A stretch of DNA of 63,049 nt, filler included, from Phoronis australis (lineage: Eukaryota > Animalia > Phoronida), in assembly GCA_002633005.1 (NCBI GenBank). It is 9 parts of 9 records of this genome, joined end to end, with 100 filler letters (N's around TTAATTAATTAA, not from the genome) between each part and the next. Parts side by side here need not be neighbours in the genome. Positions count along the whole stretch, not along the records: positions 47,714 to 51,701 come from NMRA01002755.1; positions 51,802 to 63,049 come from NMRA01000021.1; 7 more parts are not named here. One strand, written 5' to 3'. Both the position numbers and the translations under genes were made by a program. Below the pieces are notes generated by a model. That model saw nothing but the letters and a program-made list of their open reading frames with translations, did no database searches and was not told the origin of the DNA. Positions within the stretch are counted from its first letter, which is position 1. The number at the start of each line of letters is the position of its first letter. Positions 51,049-63,049 of the stretch are shown in pieces.

Positions 51049-52393
51049 GTACGTTTATCCGAAACGCTGGGCATCAAAACAAAAGTAAACGATCTTTCGG
51101 TGCCCTGTGCCGCGTGTTAATCCTTGCGTAGGTCGGCTGGCAAAAACAAGACTCAACTAGTTCCTCACTAAGATTTGAGATAATTTCTGGGTTCGAAAAC
51201 TATTGGTACATGTAGTTCGATAGTTAGGCCTATTGTTTGAGACCATACTAGATAAAATTACCCGCCCTGACAATTAAGTCTTGTTGAGCTTGGTTTCTAG
51301 CAATGGTCACGCACTGTCAGTTCATTCAGAGGCTATAGATCACTTCTAATCGTTTTATAGTTATGTAGAACCTTGTAGACAAGTTTGAATAATTAGCAGA
51401 ATATTCACAAAACTGCAAATTTCAACTCGGTGAAATTACAGATTTTGAATCTGCCGTCAGGTGAGCATGTCCTTTTAGTTCTATTCAGGGAAAAGGAAGC
51501 AGTATAACGGTTTCAATAACACGTCCACATTTAGTCATATGAATGGTCAAAATGAAGATTCGGTTTTGTAAACTATGATTTCGTTTTCATTGTATTCAAC
51601 AAAGTCTCATTTTGAAAGCTTCATCATACAAAATGGAGTGTTTAAAAAACAGTACAACATTTTAGAGAACAGTGCGTAAATCATGCACGTAGTATGAGAA
51701 ANNNNNNNNNNNNNNNNNNNNNNNNNNNNNNNNNNNNNNNNNNNNTTAATTAATTAANNNNNNNNNNNNNNNNNNNNNNNNNNNNNNNNNNNNNNNNNNN
51801 NGCTTCTGCAATCATAAATAAATAAATAAATACCCAAGTTGTATTTGCATTTTATTGCTCAATCTCTTCTTTTATTTTTGATTATGGCATGCTGTGTTGT
51901 ATGCAACAATGCAATATAGTGAAATAAAGTCAATGTTTTACTTTATTGGTGGCCATTCTCTATCAATTCAAGTATTTTAATTTTCTTCAAATAAATGCAA
52001 AATGCTTTAACCAAAAATTTCAACATCAATGTTGAGCCCAGTACTTTGTTTTGCAATAAAAAATAATTGGACAATATTTTGATGACCAAGGCGTAGGCTG
52101 AAACTGTTAAGCACCCAGCGTGTTCCACTTGTCTGCTGCGTTTTTCCTTTGGCCTAACGGGTGTCGGTTGATGCCTGGGACAAATAGATACATTGCATAT
52201 ACACTATCTGGGTAGGTTTTTGTTTCGTATGAAGAAAATTTAATTTCGAAAATATCTTCTGAAAATGAACAAAAAAGTGCATTAGTAAAATCTACAAGTT
52301 TTTGAGTGTTTGAGTTTTTGAGGTTTTGAGTCGGTAAATGCATTAATTCTAGTCTCAGTTCTATGCGTGTTTCTCCCGAGAGGTTAGTACCTA

Positions 52394-55242
52394 ACGTGCA
52401 GACGAGCACTCCAAATTGGAACGCTAAGTCCCGCGTGGCTGCACTGCAAGCGAAAGAAGATGGCGGACGACCTTTGGAGCCTGACGACGATAGGTATCCG
52501 GACTATACAAGTATAACTTGCTGTGGGAAATAAGGAAAAAAGGTCATGCGCGATTAAACACAGACATTATAATTATTCAGTCCAATCAGAATCGGATCAA
52601 ATGTGATTTATTATTACTAGTCAAATATAGATTTCAACATTATGATATATATATACATATATATTTGCAACAAACAAAGTGGATATAGTGGATAAATGGG
52701 TCCCTGATTTAAAAATGATCCAAGAACCAGTTACTTAACCACTGAACAACAGGTGTTTTCATGCAACCGACAACATTGTAACAGACTAGTGTTTTTGAGG
52801 GATAGGGTTCAATGTAACCGTTCCAACTCTGGACGAGAAACCAAAACTCGAAAGAGACGTTGAAGCGACTGTGTCGCCGACCGTCATTAGCAGCCATCGT
52901 CTCGACCAATCTGTAACCAGCTCAGCTACTTCATTACATATTTCACTCAAATCATAACCTTGTGTAATTTGAAACAGCTGTATATTTTTCTAGGATATTC
53001 AAAGTTTGATCACAAAACAAAGAGCTGATAAAAATGCCGGGAGACTTACCACGAGATAGACCAAAATGGACGCCACAACTCGGATAAAGCCGTAACAGTT
53101 CGTAAATTTCCGACAACACTGCGGTTACTTCCGTCGCATAAAATTTGTGGCAAAGATAACTATAAAATCTTTGTTTGTGGCTACGCCAAAGATTTTGTAG
53201 TTACCTAAGGATATGGTGTCTTCAGTTGACCAAGCAACTTGTACGCAGATACCCGAGAGTTAGATCTCAGCCTTGTTCGTACTTTCAAAGCCTGCAGCAC
53301 ACAGTCTGCTGCGCCCAACGGTCTCTCGTAGTCTTTTTTAAGTAGATCTTAGTGCAATCACTACACGCAACGAAGCCCTGCTTATATATCTGTTCGGCTC
53401 ATCAATGAGTTCAAAATAGCTACTTAATTGATTGTTAACAGTAAATCGTTTGAATACCATAAGCCACAACTAACTCAGTCTGAGGCCATAACACCCGTCA
53501 CGGTGACGATTTCGTAACCCCGCCGAAGAGCGGAAAGCCGTGATTACAAAACTTCCAACTGGTTTGAACTGTCATTACTGAGGTGGCCGGAAAGTGATTT
53601 CCGAGTTTGCACAGAACTGACCTCACAGAGCAAAATGACAAGCCCACTGAGTTTGGTAGGTTCAAATGAGCCTAGGCTGAGCAATGATAGACCGGGCGGG
53701 ATCCCAGAGCATTTTTGGGCATGAAAAGGTAACCACTTTTCATTGGTTCCACAGTGCTCTGTGGGTTTCCTGATGAAATGGCCGTCTGGCAGGTTCGCTC
53801 TGTACGTGGCCGGGTGTGGTCAGGGGAGCCAAGAGAATTACACTCAAAAATTGAGCTAGATCAACTTTTCTGGTAACCACTTAAAACTGCCTTGGATACC
53901 TACTACGTTATCCATTGTATCAAAATTGGTCAATGCCAGACAATTTCAGTGGTGGGGAGTAGGCCGCCAGCGGCGAACATGTACAGGGTACAAAAAATGA
54001 GTTAGATCAATCCAAGAGCCGAGGTAACCGTTTGAAACCAGTCGCAAAATATTCACCATAAGCCCAGGCATCAGGAATGAAAGTACTGCCAGACAAATCT
54101 AGTGGTGGGTTACCCCCGCCAGACTCGCCCAAATACCTGAATTGAGCTAGATCAACCTATCAGGTAACCGTTTGAAACCAATTGCACGATGTTCAGCATC
54201 ACTGAACATATGGCACAACAGTTAGCTGCCAGATGGGGTGCCCCTGCTAGACGATTATTAAAAAGGGTTAAAAATTGAGCTAGATCAACCCAAGAGGTAA
54301 CCGCTTAAAACCAGTTCCAAAATATTCACCGTACTGAGCCCAGGTATCACAAATGAACACTGCCAGACAAATCTAGTGGTGGGTTAGCTTCGCCAGACAC
54401 CCCCAAATACATAAATTGAGCTAGATCAACCCAAGAGGTAACCGCATGAAACCATTTGCAAAATATTCGCCGTAAGCCCAGGTATCAAGNACGTGCAGAC
54501 GAGCACTCCAAATTGGAACGCTAAGTCCCGCGTGGTTGCACTGCACGCGAAACAAGATGGCGGACGACCTTTGGAGCCTGACGACAATAGGTAACCGGAC
54601 TATATATATTTGCAACAAACAAAGTGGATACAGTGGGATAACTGGGTCCCTGATTTAAAAATGATCCAAGAACCAGTTACTTAACCACTGAACAACAGGT
54701 GTTTTCTTGCAACTGACAACATTATAACCGACTAGTGTTTTTGAGGGATAGGGTTCAATGTAACCGTTCCATAAATGAAGATTTTTCGCCGTCAAACTCT
54801 GGACGAGAAACCAAAACTCGAAAGAGACGTTGAAGCGACTGTGTCGCCGACCGTCATTAGCAGCCATCGTCTCGACCAATCTGTTACCAGCTCAGCTACT
54901 TCATTACATATTTCACTCAAATCATAACCTTGTGTAATTTGAAACAGCTGTATATTTTTCTAGGATATTCAAAGTTTGATCACAAAACAAAGAGCTGATA
55001 AAAATGCCGGGAGACTTACCGCGAGATAGACCAAAATGGACGCCACAACTCGGATAAAGCCGTAATAGTTCGTAAATTTCCGACAACACTGCGGTTACTT
55101 CCGTCGCATAAAATTTGTGGCAAAGATAACTATAAAATCTTTGTTTGTGGCTACGCCAAAGATTTTATAGTTACCTAGGGATATGGTGTCTTCAGTTGAC
55201 CAAGCAACTTGTACGCAGATACCCGAGAGTTAGATCTCAGCC
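52394..55242 (+). repeat. Duplicated segment 52394-53272 vs 54491-55242 (probably two haplotypes)
   Basis: Near-identical with indels; the second copy starts right after the single N at 54490. Confidence 0.85.
53845..54489 (+). repeat. About 140-bp tandem repeat, about 5 units
   Basis: TGAG(C/T)TAGATCAA..GGTAACC..TGCCAGA at about 53851, 53998, 54142, 54275 and 54416. Confidence 0.85.
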
Positions 55243-55281
55243 CTCGCTGGTTCCCTGCGTGCTTAGCCCAGCCAGGAAAAT

Positions 55282-55650
55282 AACTTAAGTTTTAGAGGAA
55301 AAACTTAAGTTCTTCCGAAAAACTTAAGTTTTTAAGAGATACTTAATTTTTTAAAACTTAAGTTTTTCGCCAAAAACTTAAGTTTTTCAGCACAATGTTA
55401 AGTTTTTCAGAAAACTTAAGTTTTTTCAAGTGTAAAACTTAAGTTTTCACAAATAAACTTAAGTTTCAAGTAATAGCTTAAGTTTTCTTGAAAACTTAAG
55501 TTTTTTGTACTAACAAAACTTAAGTTTTTCTGATAACTTTAGTTTATCACAAAACTTAAGTTTTTGTAATTTTAAAAACTTAAGTTTTCCTGATTTCTTA
55601 AGTTTTTCAGAAAACTGGATTTTTTCTTTTGTGGAAAACTTGAATTTTCT
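55282..55650. repeat. Array of palindromic AAACTTAAGTTT motifs with short variable spacers
   Basis: More than a dozen copies at about 18-25-bp spacing. Confidence 0.9.
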
Positions 55651-56998
55651 AAAAACTCTAAGGTTTCTATGTGATGAAAATTTACGTTTTCAAGTTTTTA
55701 AAATTTGAATATTGTGAGATATTTAATTTTTGGTTCGAAAATTTTCCCATTATTTTCCAACAAAAAATAATTGTTTGCTCATGCAAAACCCATCATCTCA
55801 TACATAATGTTGCCCGAATGTTTCCTTATTATTTATATAGATACAAATACCATAAAACGACGAACGTTTAACGGCTGCCTCCCGTTTAGTAACGCTAGAA
55901 CCTCGCTAAAAAGCAAGACTTCGCGAGATTACGTGAGATATTGCCGTGTATTTTGAATAAGAACACGTGACTTTGACTAGGTTTTAGCTAGGTCCTAGCG
56001 TAGGTCCTAGCGTCTACTGAACGCACGCCTGGCAAAGATTTTATAGTACTACTACATTATGACGGCCATCTTGGGGATACAGTATCTTTGCGCCTGGTCA
56101 GTACAGAATTAGTGCAGTTACGTAATCATTACGGCACTACGTCTGTAGACGAACATCCGGTGACCAACAGCAGTAAGAATGCACCCAATGTTAATCCCCT
56201 GAGACACTGACCTGGTCAGTACAATGTAATCAAAAGAACTCATGCAATTCTTAAAAAACGTACGTAGTTATTTTGCAAGCTTCCTTTGTGTTGAGTTGTA
56301 TTCGTAAGGCAGTTTCCACCGGAAGTCGACAGTCAAATAGGAAAAGATCTCGGCAAAGTAATTATGAGATGTGCTGAGATGCTGTGGAGTGTTTGCTGGT
56401 TTTCTTGAAAGCGCTGTTGGGTTTTTCTGTTTGTTGTGACTCCAAGTTTGCATCAATTTTGGTTATAGATAAAGCTGCGGTTGAGTGGTTTTCAGGTGTT
56501 CAGTAGTCATTTCACCCTTCCCTTGTTTAAGCTCTTAACACTGATGAGATAATCATAAAACACACAAAATCTATGCTGTGGATTTTTAAGCCAAAAGTCT
56601 CATATTTTGTGTGTTTTTCAGAGCTTTGAAATATTCCCATAAAGTCATTATAACTGACAGTGAAAGTTGAACCTCCTTGTTATCTGCATATGGATTTATA
56701 TTAAGTATGTCAGTCATTTTGTAAGTATATATTTATTGTTGATTTTCAGTTCTTTTTGTTGAAGAAACTGCATCTTTTCGCCTCTTCATTTCGTTGTTAC
56801 ATTTGTCTTACTTGCGTACTTCCTCCAGCGCAGTAAGCCCTATCCATAGTGGTGCAATCTCAAAAATGCACAAAGCTGCAGAACAGCATCATCCTACACC
56901 AGGACAGTCAAAGTGCATTCATCTGAATGTTGTTGACACTGAGTGTTATAACTTCCGTGGAAGGTCCCTGTCCTGGAGACAGTCCTTCTCGTTTTTAA

Positions 56999-57313
56999 AG
57001 GCGAAGGCAACCTTTTTCCATGTTATTTTGAGCTAAAATAAGGTTGGTTGGTTATCCTAGACATATTTTTCACTTAATTACAGCTTTTCGTAATTTTATT
57101 AATTACTCGTCCGCTTTTCCGGAAGTGACGTTTTAGGAGGCAAGCGCTTCCCGCCACTTGGTTTTGCGTTGAGCTTACTGTGCGAATCTGTTCTATTCTA
57201 CTTTTGTTTTGTGCTATTTTTCACCAATTGTCGCCACCACTTTCCATCGGCGAGTATTCTGCGGCAAGATAGGTTAGTAGAGAACTCAACTACGTTGGAT
57301 TTAGGGATTGTTT
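56999..57313 (-). mobile_element. Kolobok KolX-side end (third insertion), interrupted by a MITE and a gap
   Basis: TTAA + TIR, followed by sequence matching the reverse complement of about 26480-26633. Confidence 0.9.
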
Positions 57314-57987
57314 CAGTGGCGGATCTAGGATATCACAAGGGGGGGGGGCCCAACATTTTGTCCGGCTGTAAACATTTGCGCAAAGTGAACCACGATTGTA
57401 GATGCGCATAGCACCNNNNNNNNNNNNNNNNNNNNNNNNNNNNNNNNNNNNNNNNNNNNNNNNNNNNNNNNNNNNNNNNNNNNNNNNNNNNNNNNNNNNN
57501 NNNNNNNNNNNNNNNNNNNNNNNNNNNNNNNNNNNNNNNTTTTTATCAAATACAAACAATGATTCATTGAAATACAATCAGTTTCAAGTAACGCCAATTA
57601 AAGACAAGTATAAGTGGTGGCATTTTGGAAACGAACATTTGACTGCCAAGACCGCAATGGCTCACCTTTGGCCTATTTAAAGATTGAGGTCATGAATTGG
57701 AGCGTGCGCAGTATAAAAAAGTTGAGTTCACGATTTTGGGAACTGAAATAGGGACTGCTCGAAGAAAAAGTTTCATAACGGGAGTATTTGTTCGAGTTGG
57801 AAGGAATTAAACACACCGACAACCTCCTAAGGTGTTCCTCTATGCGCAAAAGGTAGTTGTAACAACGTGACTTTGATGGTTTAGTCGGTGCGAGGCATAA
57901 TTCGCCGAAAAGCTTCCGGCGTACAGAGCGCCTATAGCCTCTACATCGCCTCTGCTTCGGGCCAACAGAGGCGATGGTCATTGCCTA

Positions 57988-58434
57988 AACACTGATGAGA
58001 TAATCATAAAACACACAAAATCTATGCTGTGGATTTTTAAGCCAAAAGTCTCAGATTTTGTGTGTTTTTCAGAGCTTTGAAATATTCCCATAAAGTCATT
58101 ATAACTGACAGTGAAAGTTGAACCTCCTTATCTGCATATGGATTTATATTAAGTATGTCAGTCATTTTGTAAGTATATATTTATTGTTGATTTTCAGTTC
58201 TTTTTGTTGAAGAAACTGCATCTTTTCGCCTCTTCATTTCGTTGTTACATTTGTCTTACTTGCGTACTTCCCCCAGCGCAGTAAGCCCTATCGATAGTGG
58301 TGCAATCTCAAAAATGCACAAAGCTGCAGAACAGCATCATCCTACACCAGGACAGTCGAAGTGCATTCATCTGAATGTTGTTGACACTGAGTGTTATAAC
58401 TTCCGTGGAAGGTCCCTGTCCTGGAGACAGTCCT
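57988..58434 (+). repeat. Duplicate of 56537-56986 (haplotype/assembly duplication)
   Basis: Near-identical; ends at the single N at 58435. Confidence 0.85.
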
Positions 58435-58435
58435 N

Positions 58436-58507
58436 AAAAATATGTCTAGGATAACCAACCAACCTTATTTTAGCTCAAAATGACATGGAAAAAGGTTGCC
58501 TTCGCCT
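58436..58507. mobile_element. Opposite Kolobok TIR end, probably of the third insertion
   Basis: ..GGAAAAAGGTTGCCTTCGCCT-TTAA. Confidence 0.85.
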
Positions 58508-59185
58508 TTAAATGGGAATCTTCTACGTTATAGTGCCGTTTATACAACAAAAGTTGACACGGATCAGCTGACACAGAATGAGATGTTATGCCTGTATTAT
58601 ATCCTTAACAGTAATTGCAGGACGTTTGTTAATTTTGGCAATTGTATTCCGTGACAACAGACATCTTTTGGGCTGATGCAACTATTACTGTACTTCCTGG
58701 TGCCAATTCCTTTTTTTTTCGTTTGCCTGTTGGAGTTCCTTGATGGGTTTCCATGAAATTAAGGTTGATGTCTACCCATTTTTTTGTCAGTTTGATGTAT
58801 TCTCCGCCAATGCCAATGGCCATTTTGATGATCTTATAAACACCCGTAGAAAAGTATGTTGACGCATTTGAATTCCTTTGTGCCAGTAGAAATTCAACAT
58901 GCAGCAATCTAGCTGTACAACCCTTGATGAAAACTGCAATAAAGTAGTCCCCAGTGTGATAGTGTATGATAGATTGCGCCACAGTCTGTTACGATGATTT
59001 CATTTCAGCTTTTCATATTTTGTGGTTCAGTTTGGTAGTATGTTGATGCATGGAAGTGGTGTGTATTCATTAATGAATAGACTCCCTCACCCTATACTCA
59101 ACTCGTGTTTACACACAGATTTGTATAGTTCTTGCCATTTAAGCAAATGAAACTAATGTTGCCGTTTTTGTCTTTCTCCTTCCAG

Positions 59186-59345
59186 GAACAGAATGTCATT
59201 AAATGCCAGCCAAGCTTTCTACCTTATCATAAACAACAAAAGCATAGCAAGCATGTCAATGACTCTGGCAGAAATATACAATGATGAGAGAGATGTTGAC
59301 AGGTTTCTTTATATGACATATGCGTCACACGAAATGTTTGGCTGA
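59186..59345 (+). CDS. MAP1LC3C: Terminal exon of an LC3C-type ATG8 gene
   Basis: ctccttccag| phase-2 acceptor; (R)NRMSLNASQAFYLIINNKSIASMSMTLAEIYNDERDVDRFLYMTYASHEMFG*. Upstream exons were not found. Confidence 0.85.
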
Positions 59346-59400
59346 AGCCGGCTGTTTAAAGGATGGATTTGATGTTTAAATTAAACAGGCAACTGTTTGC

Positions 59401-59586
59401 AATACACCTTATTCACGAAGTTGCCATTTTGAAAGTGATCCTTTCTTAGGTTTTGAAAACCATGCATTCTACACTTAATCACAGCGCAAAACAAAGCACG
59501 AATCGTCATTTGTCTCAAATGCATCGTTTTTTAAACCTACTGAGAGGCTCACTACTAAAATGGCGACTGCGTGAATAAGGTCTATT
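59401..59586. mobile_element. MITE with about 30-bp TIRs in the LC3C 3' region
   Basis: AATACACCTTATTCACG..GCCATTTT / AAAATGGCG..CGTGAATAAGGTCTATT. Confidence 0.75.
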
Positions 59587-62500
59587 ATGTACTTTCAACA
59601 CTAGGATACAGATTATCGATGACTGTTATAGGTCACGTGTCGCTGCGCAAGAACAATTTATTTGTGCAAGCTGCATAAATTTATATTCAAGTTTACATTG
59701 CAGCTATTATACCCCCGGCAGGAATTCAAGAGTATGAGAAAGGTCAGGTGCAGAATTGTATTTCTTCGTGTGTTCTGTCGGTCTGAAGTAAGATAAGTGA
59801 TGTCCAAGAACCTGCATTGTTATATTATTTCATAAGAAAACCAATTTATCTATTTATTAACTGGAAACTGACTGTACCTAATGAATAATGTATTGGTCCC
59901 TCTTGTTTACTGATCAACCACACATGAATCACCACTATTTGCAATTATTGGCTTAGTGAGAGAGAATTAGTTAGACAATGGGTTTATTCTAACACTTGTT
60001 GATATTGTCCAAATATCTCAAAGGTATATGATACACCACTGCGAATTTTTTGTTATTTGTATGTGTCATATATAATATATAAGTACGGTGGTTGGTCTTG
60101 ATTAGTTGACTGTTGCTATATTTCGCGTTGTCACTGAAGTTAAATGTTTTGTAAATGTTTTCGTATTGACGTATCAATGTAACTTTAATTTGTGCAAATT
60201 TTGTTAAAACAATAAAATTTATTTTAAAACAATTTTGGCAAACCATCATTCCTTGTGACATGATGTAGATGGTCACCATTGGTAAAAGAAAAAACATGTT
60301 GTTTAATAGCAGGTATACATTTTTAATGATAGTAATTCCTTATTTTTCTCAATTTTTAAATATAGGGTACATATGATCTGCTGTGTTATTTCTACAGCCT
60401 TCTTTTGTGTACTTTCCTGACCAAACCAGAACAGCATCTCTGGATGTTACAGAGCAAGTGATCAAACACATGCCTAACACCTAAAGGCATTGCTATTATT
60501 CCTCACAACCAAGGTAAAAATTCTTCAGTTAGGCACACAATACAGCAGATAGGTGAAATTTCACTTTGTAACATTTCTCAACAAAATAACTATTTAGGAA
60601 AATTTACTTTGCTTATCAAATAACACTTGGTAAAACTTTGAGAATTTGTAACGGTGTGGCAAGTCCTTGAAAATAGAAATGTAGCTACTTTAGCAAATAT
60701 TTTTGTCCCAAATTGAACAATTTTTAACGTAAGCTCAACTTCGAAGGAAATACACCTGTGATATGAACCAACAATTATGAGTACACATCTGGGCATTCGA
60801 CTGAAGGACGCTTAGTCTGCAGCAGGGGTGTTCACTACACAATTCATGGCTCCTTGGACACTCTCAAACCTTCAACAGGGGCCTCCTCAAGAAAGTCACC
60901 TCATGTACCAACTTGGCGCATAGTGTCCCTTGCACAGTAGTAACGGCACTTGGCTACACATGTCAACCATTGCATTCACTGGGGATTTCCTTTATCACAT
61001 CCATGCTTGTTAGCCATACCACTGTAACAGATCATCACCTGTAACGTTGAAGTTTTTGTGAATCAAGAAGTTGGCACAGAGACAATACTGAGTCTTGTAT
61101 GTACTTTCCGAGGCCACAAAAATCTGCAACTACAAGCAGAAAAAAATACAGTCTGTGAGCGCCATACCCAAACCAGTACAATCTAGGGAAACTGGACAAC
61201 TCCCCTTCACGGTTTAATAGAATTTTTTGTTCTTGCAAGTCAAAATTCGACCAGACTCGCCATCGAATTAAAAACATTCTTAAGTCAGCACTAGCTGTGA
61301 GTAGAAGCACGAAAAACCTCACAATAATAGTCGGATTTAGATACCGGTATTCAGCTGACGGGGAAAATAACTAAAACTCGTTTTAACTAAACAAATGAAG
61401 TAACTTCAACACATCTGCAGAAATGCAACGATATTTGACAGAAACCATACAGTAGAACATGCCCACACAAACTTAGAAAGGGGTCCGAAATCGAAAGTGG
61501 TCCGAAATAACTCTCAGAGCCAACAGTGCGACTCGTTTTATCTAAATGTTTCTCAATATGTTTTTCAGATTACACATTTTTGCGTTCAAATTTTATTCAA
61601 GTTTTCTGATGAGCTATTTCAATTTTACACGCTTTAACTTATCAGCAAAGGTGGAACTTTTTGTAAATCAAGAAATGAGCACATCTCCACATGAAAGCAT
61701 CATATTCCATTGCCCGCGAACAAAGCGCAAGTTCACCTTTATCAATAGCAAGAGGATAATTGACGTTATGATGAGCTCGTAACACAGTAACAACCAGCCA
61801 TTGGCTTTTTCAACCAATCCTCAGCCTGACTCATGTCACCTGAAAGATGAACAGAAAACTAAGCCCCCAAAATAGGGATGGATAACAAATAACGCAAAAT
61901 GTATTAGAAAATGTAACAGTAGGTTTCATCAGTAGTTACCCAAGCCTCTTTTTATCAGATGGAAAAACAGACACAGTAAGTGTTGTGCCTAAAAAACAGT
62001 AATTTTGTGGAAATACGATTTTGCACAATGAAATTCCAGAAATTGAGGTTTTCTGTGTGATTCGTTGTAATACTTGCATATTTTTGCTGTCCTTTCCAGT
62101 TTCATGTTGCTGCTAACTAAATACATGGGTGTGTTATTGTATCCTTTTATAACCTCTAGCGGTCAACATTTTGTGTAAAATAAGCATAAACTAATTAAGT
62201 TAGATGATGATGGCCTAGGAATCGAACAATATCCTATTAAAAAAGACCTCTTTAGCAAGGTGATAAAACGCAGCACAATCGTGACAACCATTCATCCATA
62301 TTTTAGGCTTTAGCTGGCACATACCTCTACTATTAAAGTGCTTTTCGTCATGTGAATACAGTTAAATTTACGTTGAATGCAATGTTCTGTTCTAGTCAAA
62401 AAAAAACATAGCATCACATTTAAAATCACACTTAGGACCGTCCTGGCCACGACCAAGCGTCGTGTTCGACAAAATGACTCCACGAGAACACCTTGCCACG

Positions 62501-63049
62501 CTTGAAACGTGAAGACACGCTTACAGCAAACTAACCACGATTTTTGTAACAGAACGAAATGCTTATGTACAAACATAAATAATTTGCCAGTCGATAAGGC
62601 GCAAGTCGATCTGTATATGTTAAAAGAACAGTAATGAATTTCAGGGTGGAGAAACAATCTGGTGGTCAATAACATATCCTCAAGCCTAAGCTGCCAGTCA
62701 CAGGGAGCCTTAGGGTTCCCTCAACATTACCAGGCTAAGGCTAATGTTTTTCTGGTACAAATGATTTTATATCCAGGTGTAAATTTAACCAAAATTGGCC
62801 TTTTTACTTAATAAAGAACTGACCACAGAGTTGATTCAGCACCACATACAGGCCACATCAATAGATTTTATAAGATTTACCCAATTCAGAACGAAGCAAG
62901 CCACGTACAATACTAATTATAGTCACAAATGTAGTTGGACTGCAACAAGGTGTCCAAAATCCTTCTCAAGCACTGAAGTCCCCAAAATGATTCCTAAGTC
63001 GGTGCGCATGTCCTTATGCCCTGGAGATTTCCAGTTCTTGTGATAAAAC

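Noticed and set aside
55282-55650. CRISPR-like repeat-spacer look
   Set aside because: Repeats are about 12 bp with about 10-bp AT-rich spacers, the context is eukaryotic, and no cas genes are present.
58629-58982. 117-aa minus-strand ORF
   Set aside because: No recognisable motif, non-ATG start, no supporting exons.

Overview
AT-rich, intron-containing eukaryotic DNA, most likely an invertebrate animal draft scaffold. It is built from several contigs joined by artificial 100-nt N/TTAATTAATTAA spacers and single-N joins. Recognisable host-gene pieces: two VWC exons of a BMPER/crossveinless-2-like gene (+), three exons of ANAPC15 (-), the 3' coding end of a DIPK1/FAM69 kinase (-), two exons of a probably secreted TSP1-domain protein (+) and the last exon of an LC3C-type ATG8 gene (+). 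Most of the rest is transposon-derived. The standout is a Kolobok family (TTAA targets, ~158-bp TIRs) in three forms: (1) an internally deleted copy keeping an open THAP ORF and the convergent KolX/P2X7-ballast-like gene stub, (2) a fold-back copy made of two left ends, and (3) a split insertion upstream of the LC3C exon. Also present: TTAA MITEs, a pogo-like HTH_psq/PHD deletion derivative, an Academ-like relic, Helentron-associated (DINE-1-like) elements, CR1 and Hero-like retroelement fragments, tRNA-SINE heads, minisatellites and haplotype-duplication artefacts. All family assignments come from motif recognition by eye; no database searches were run.
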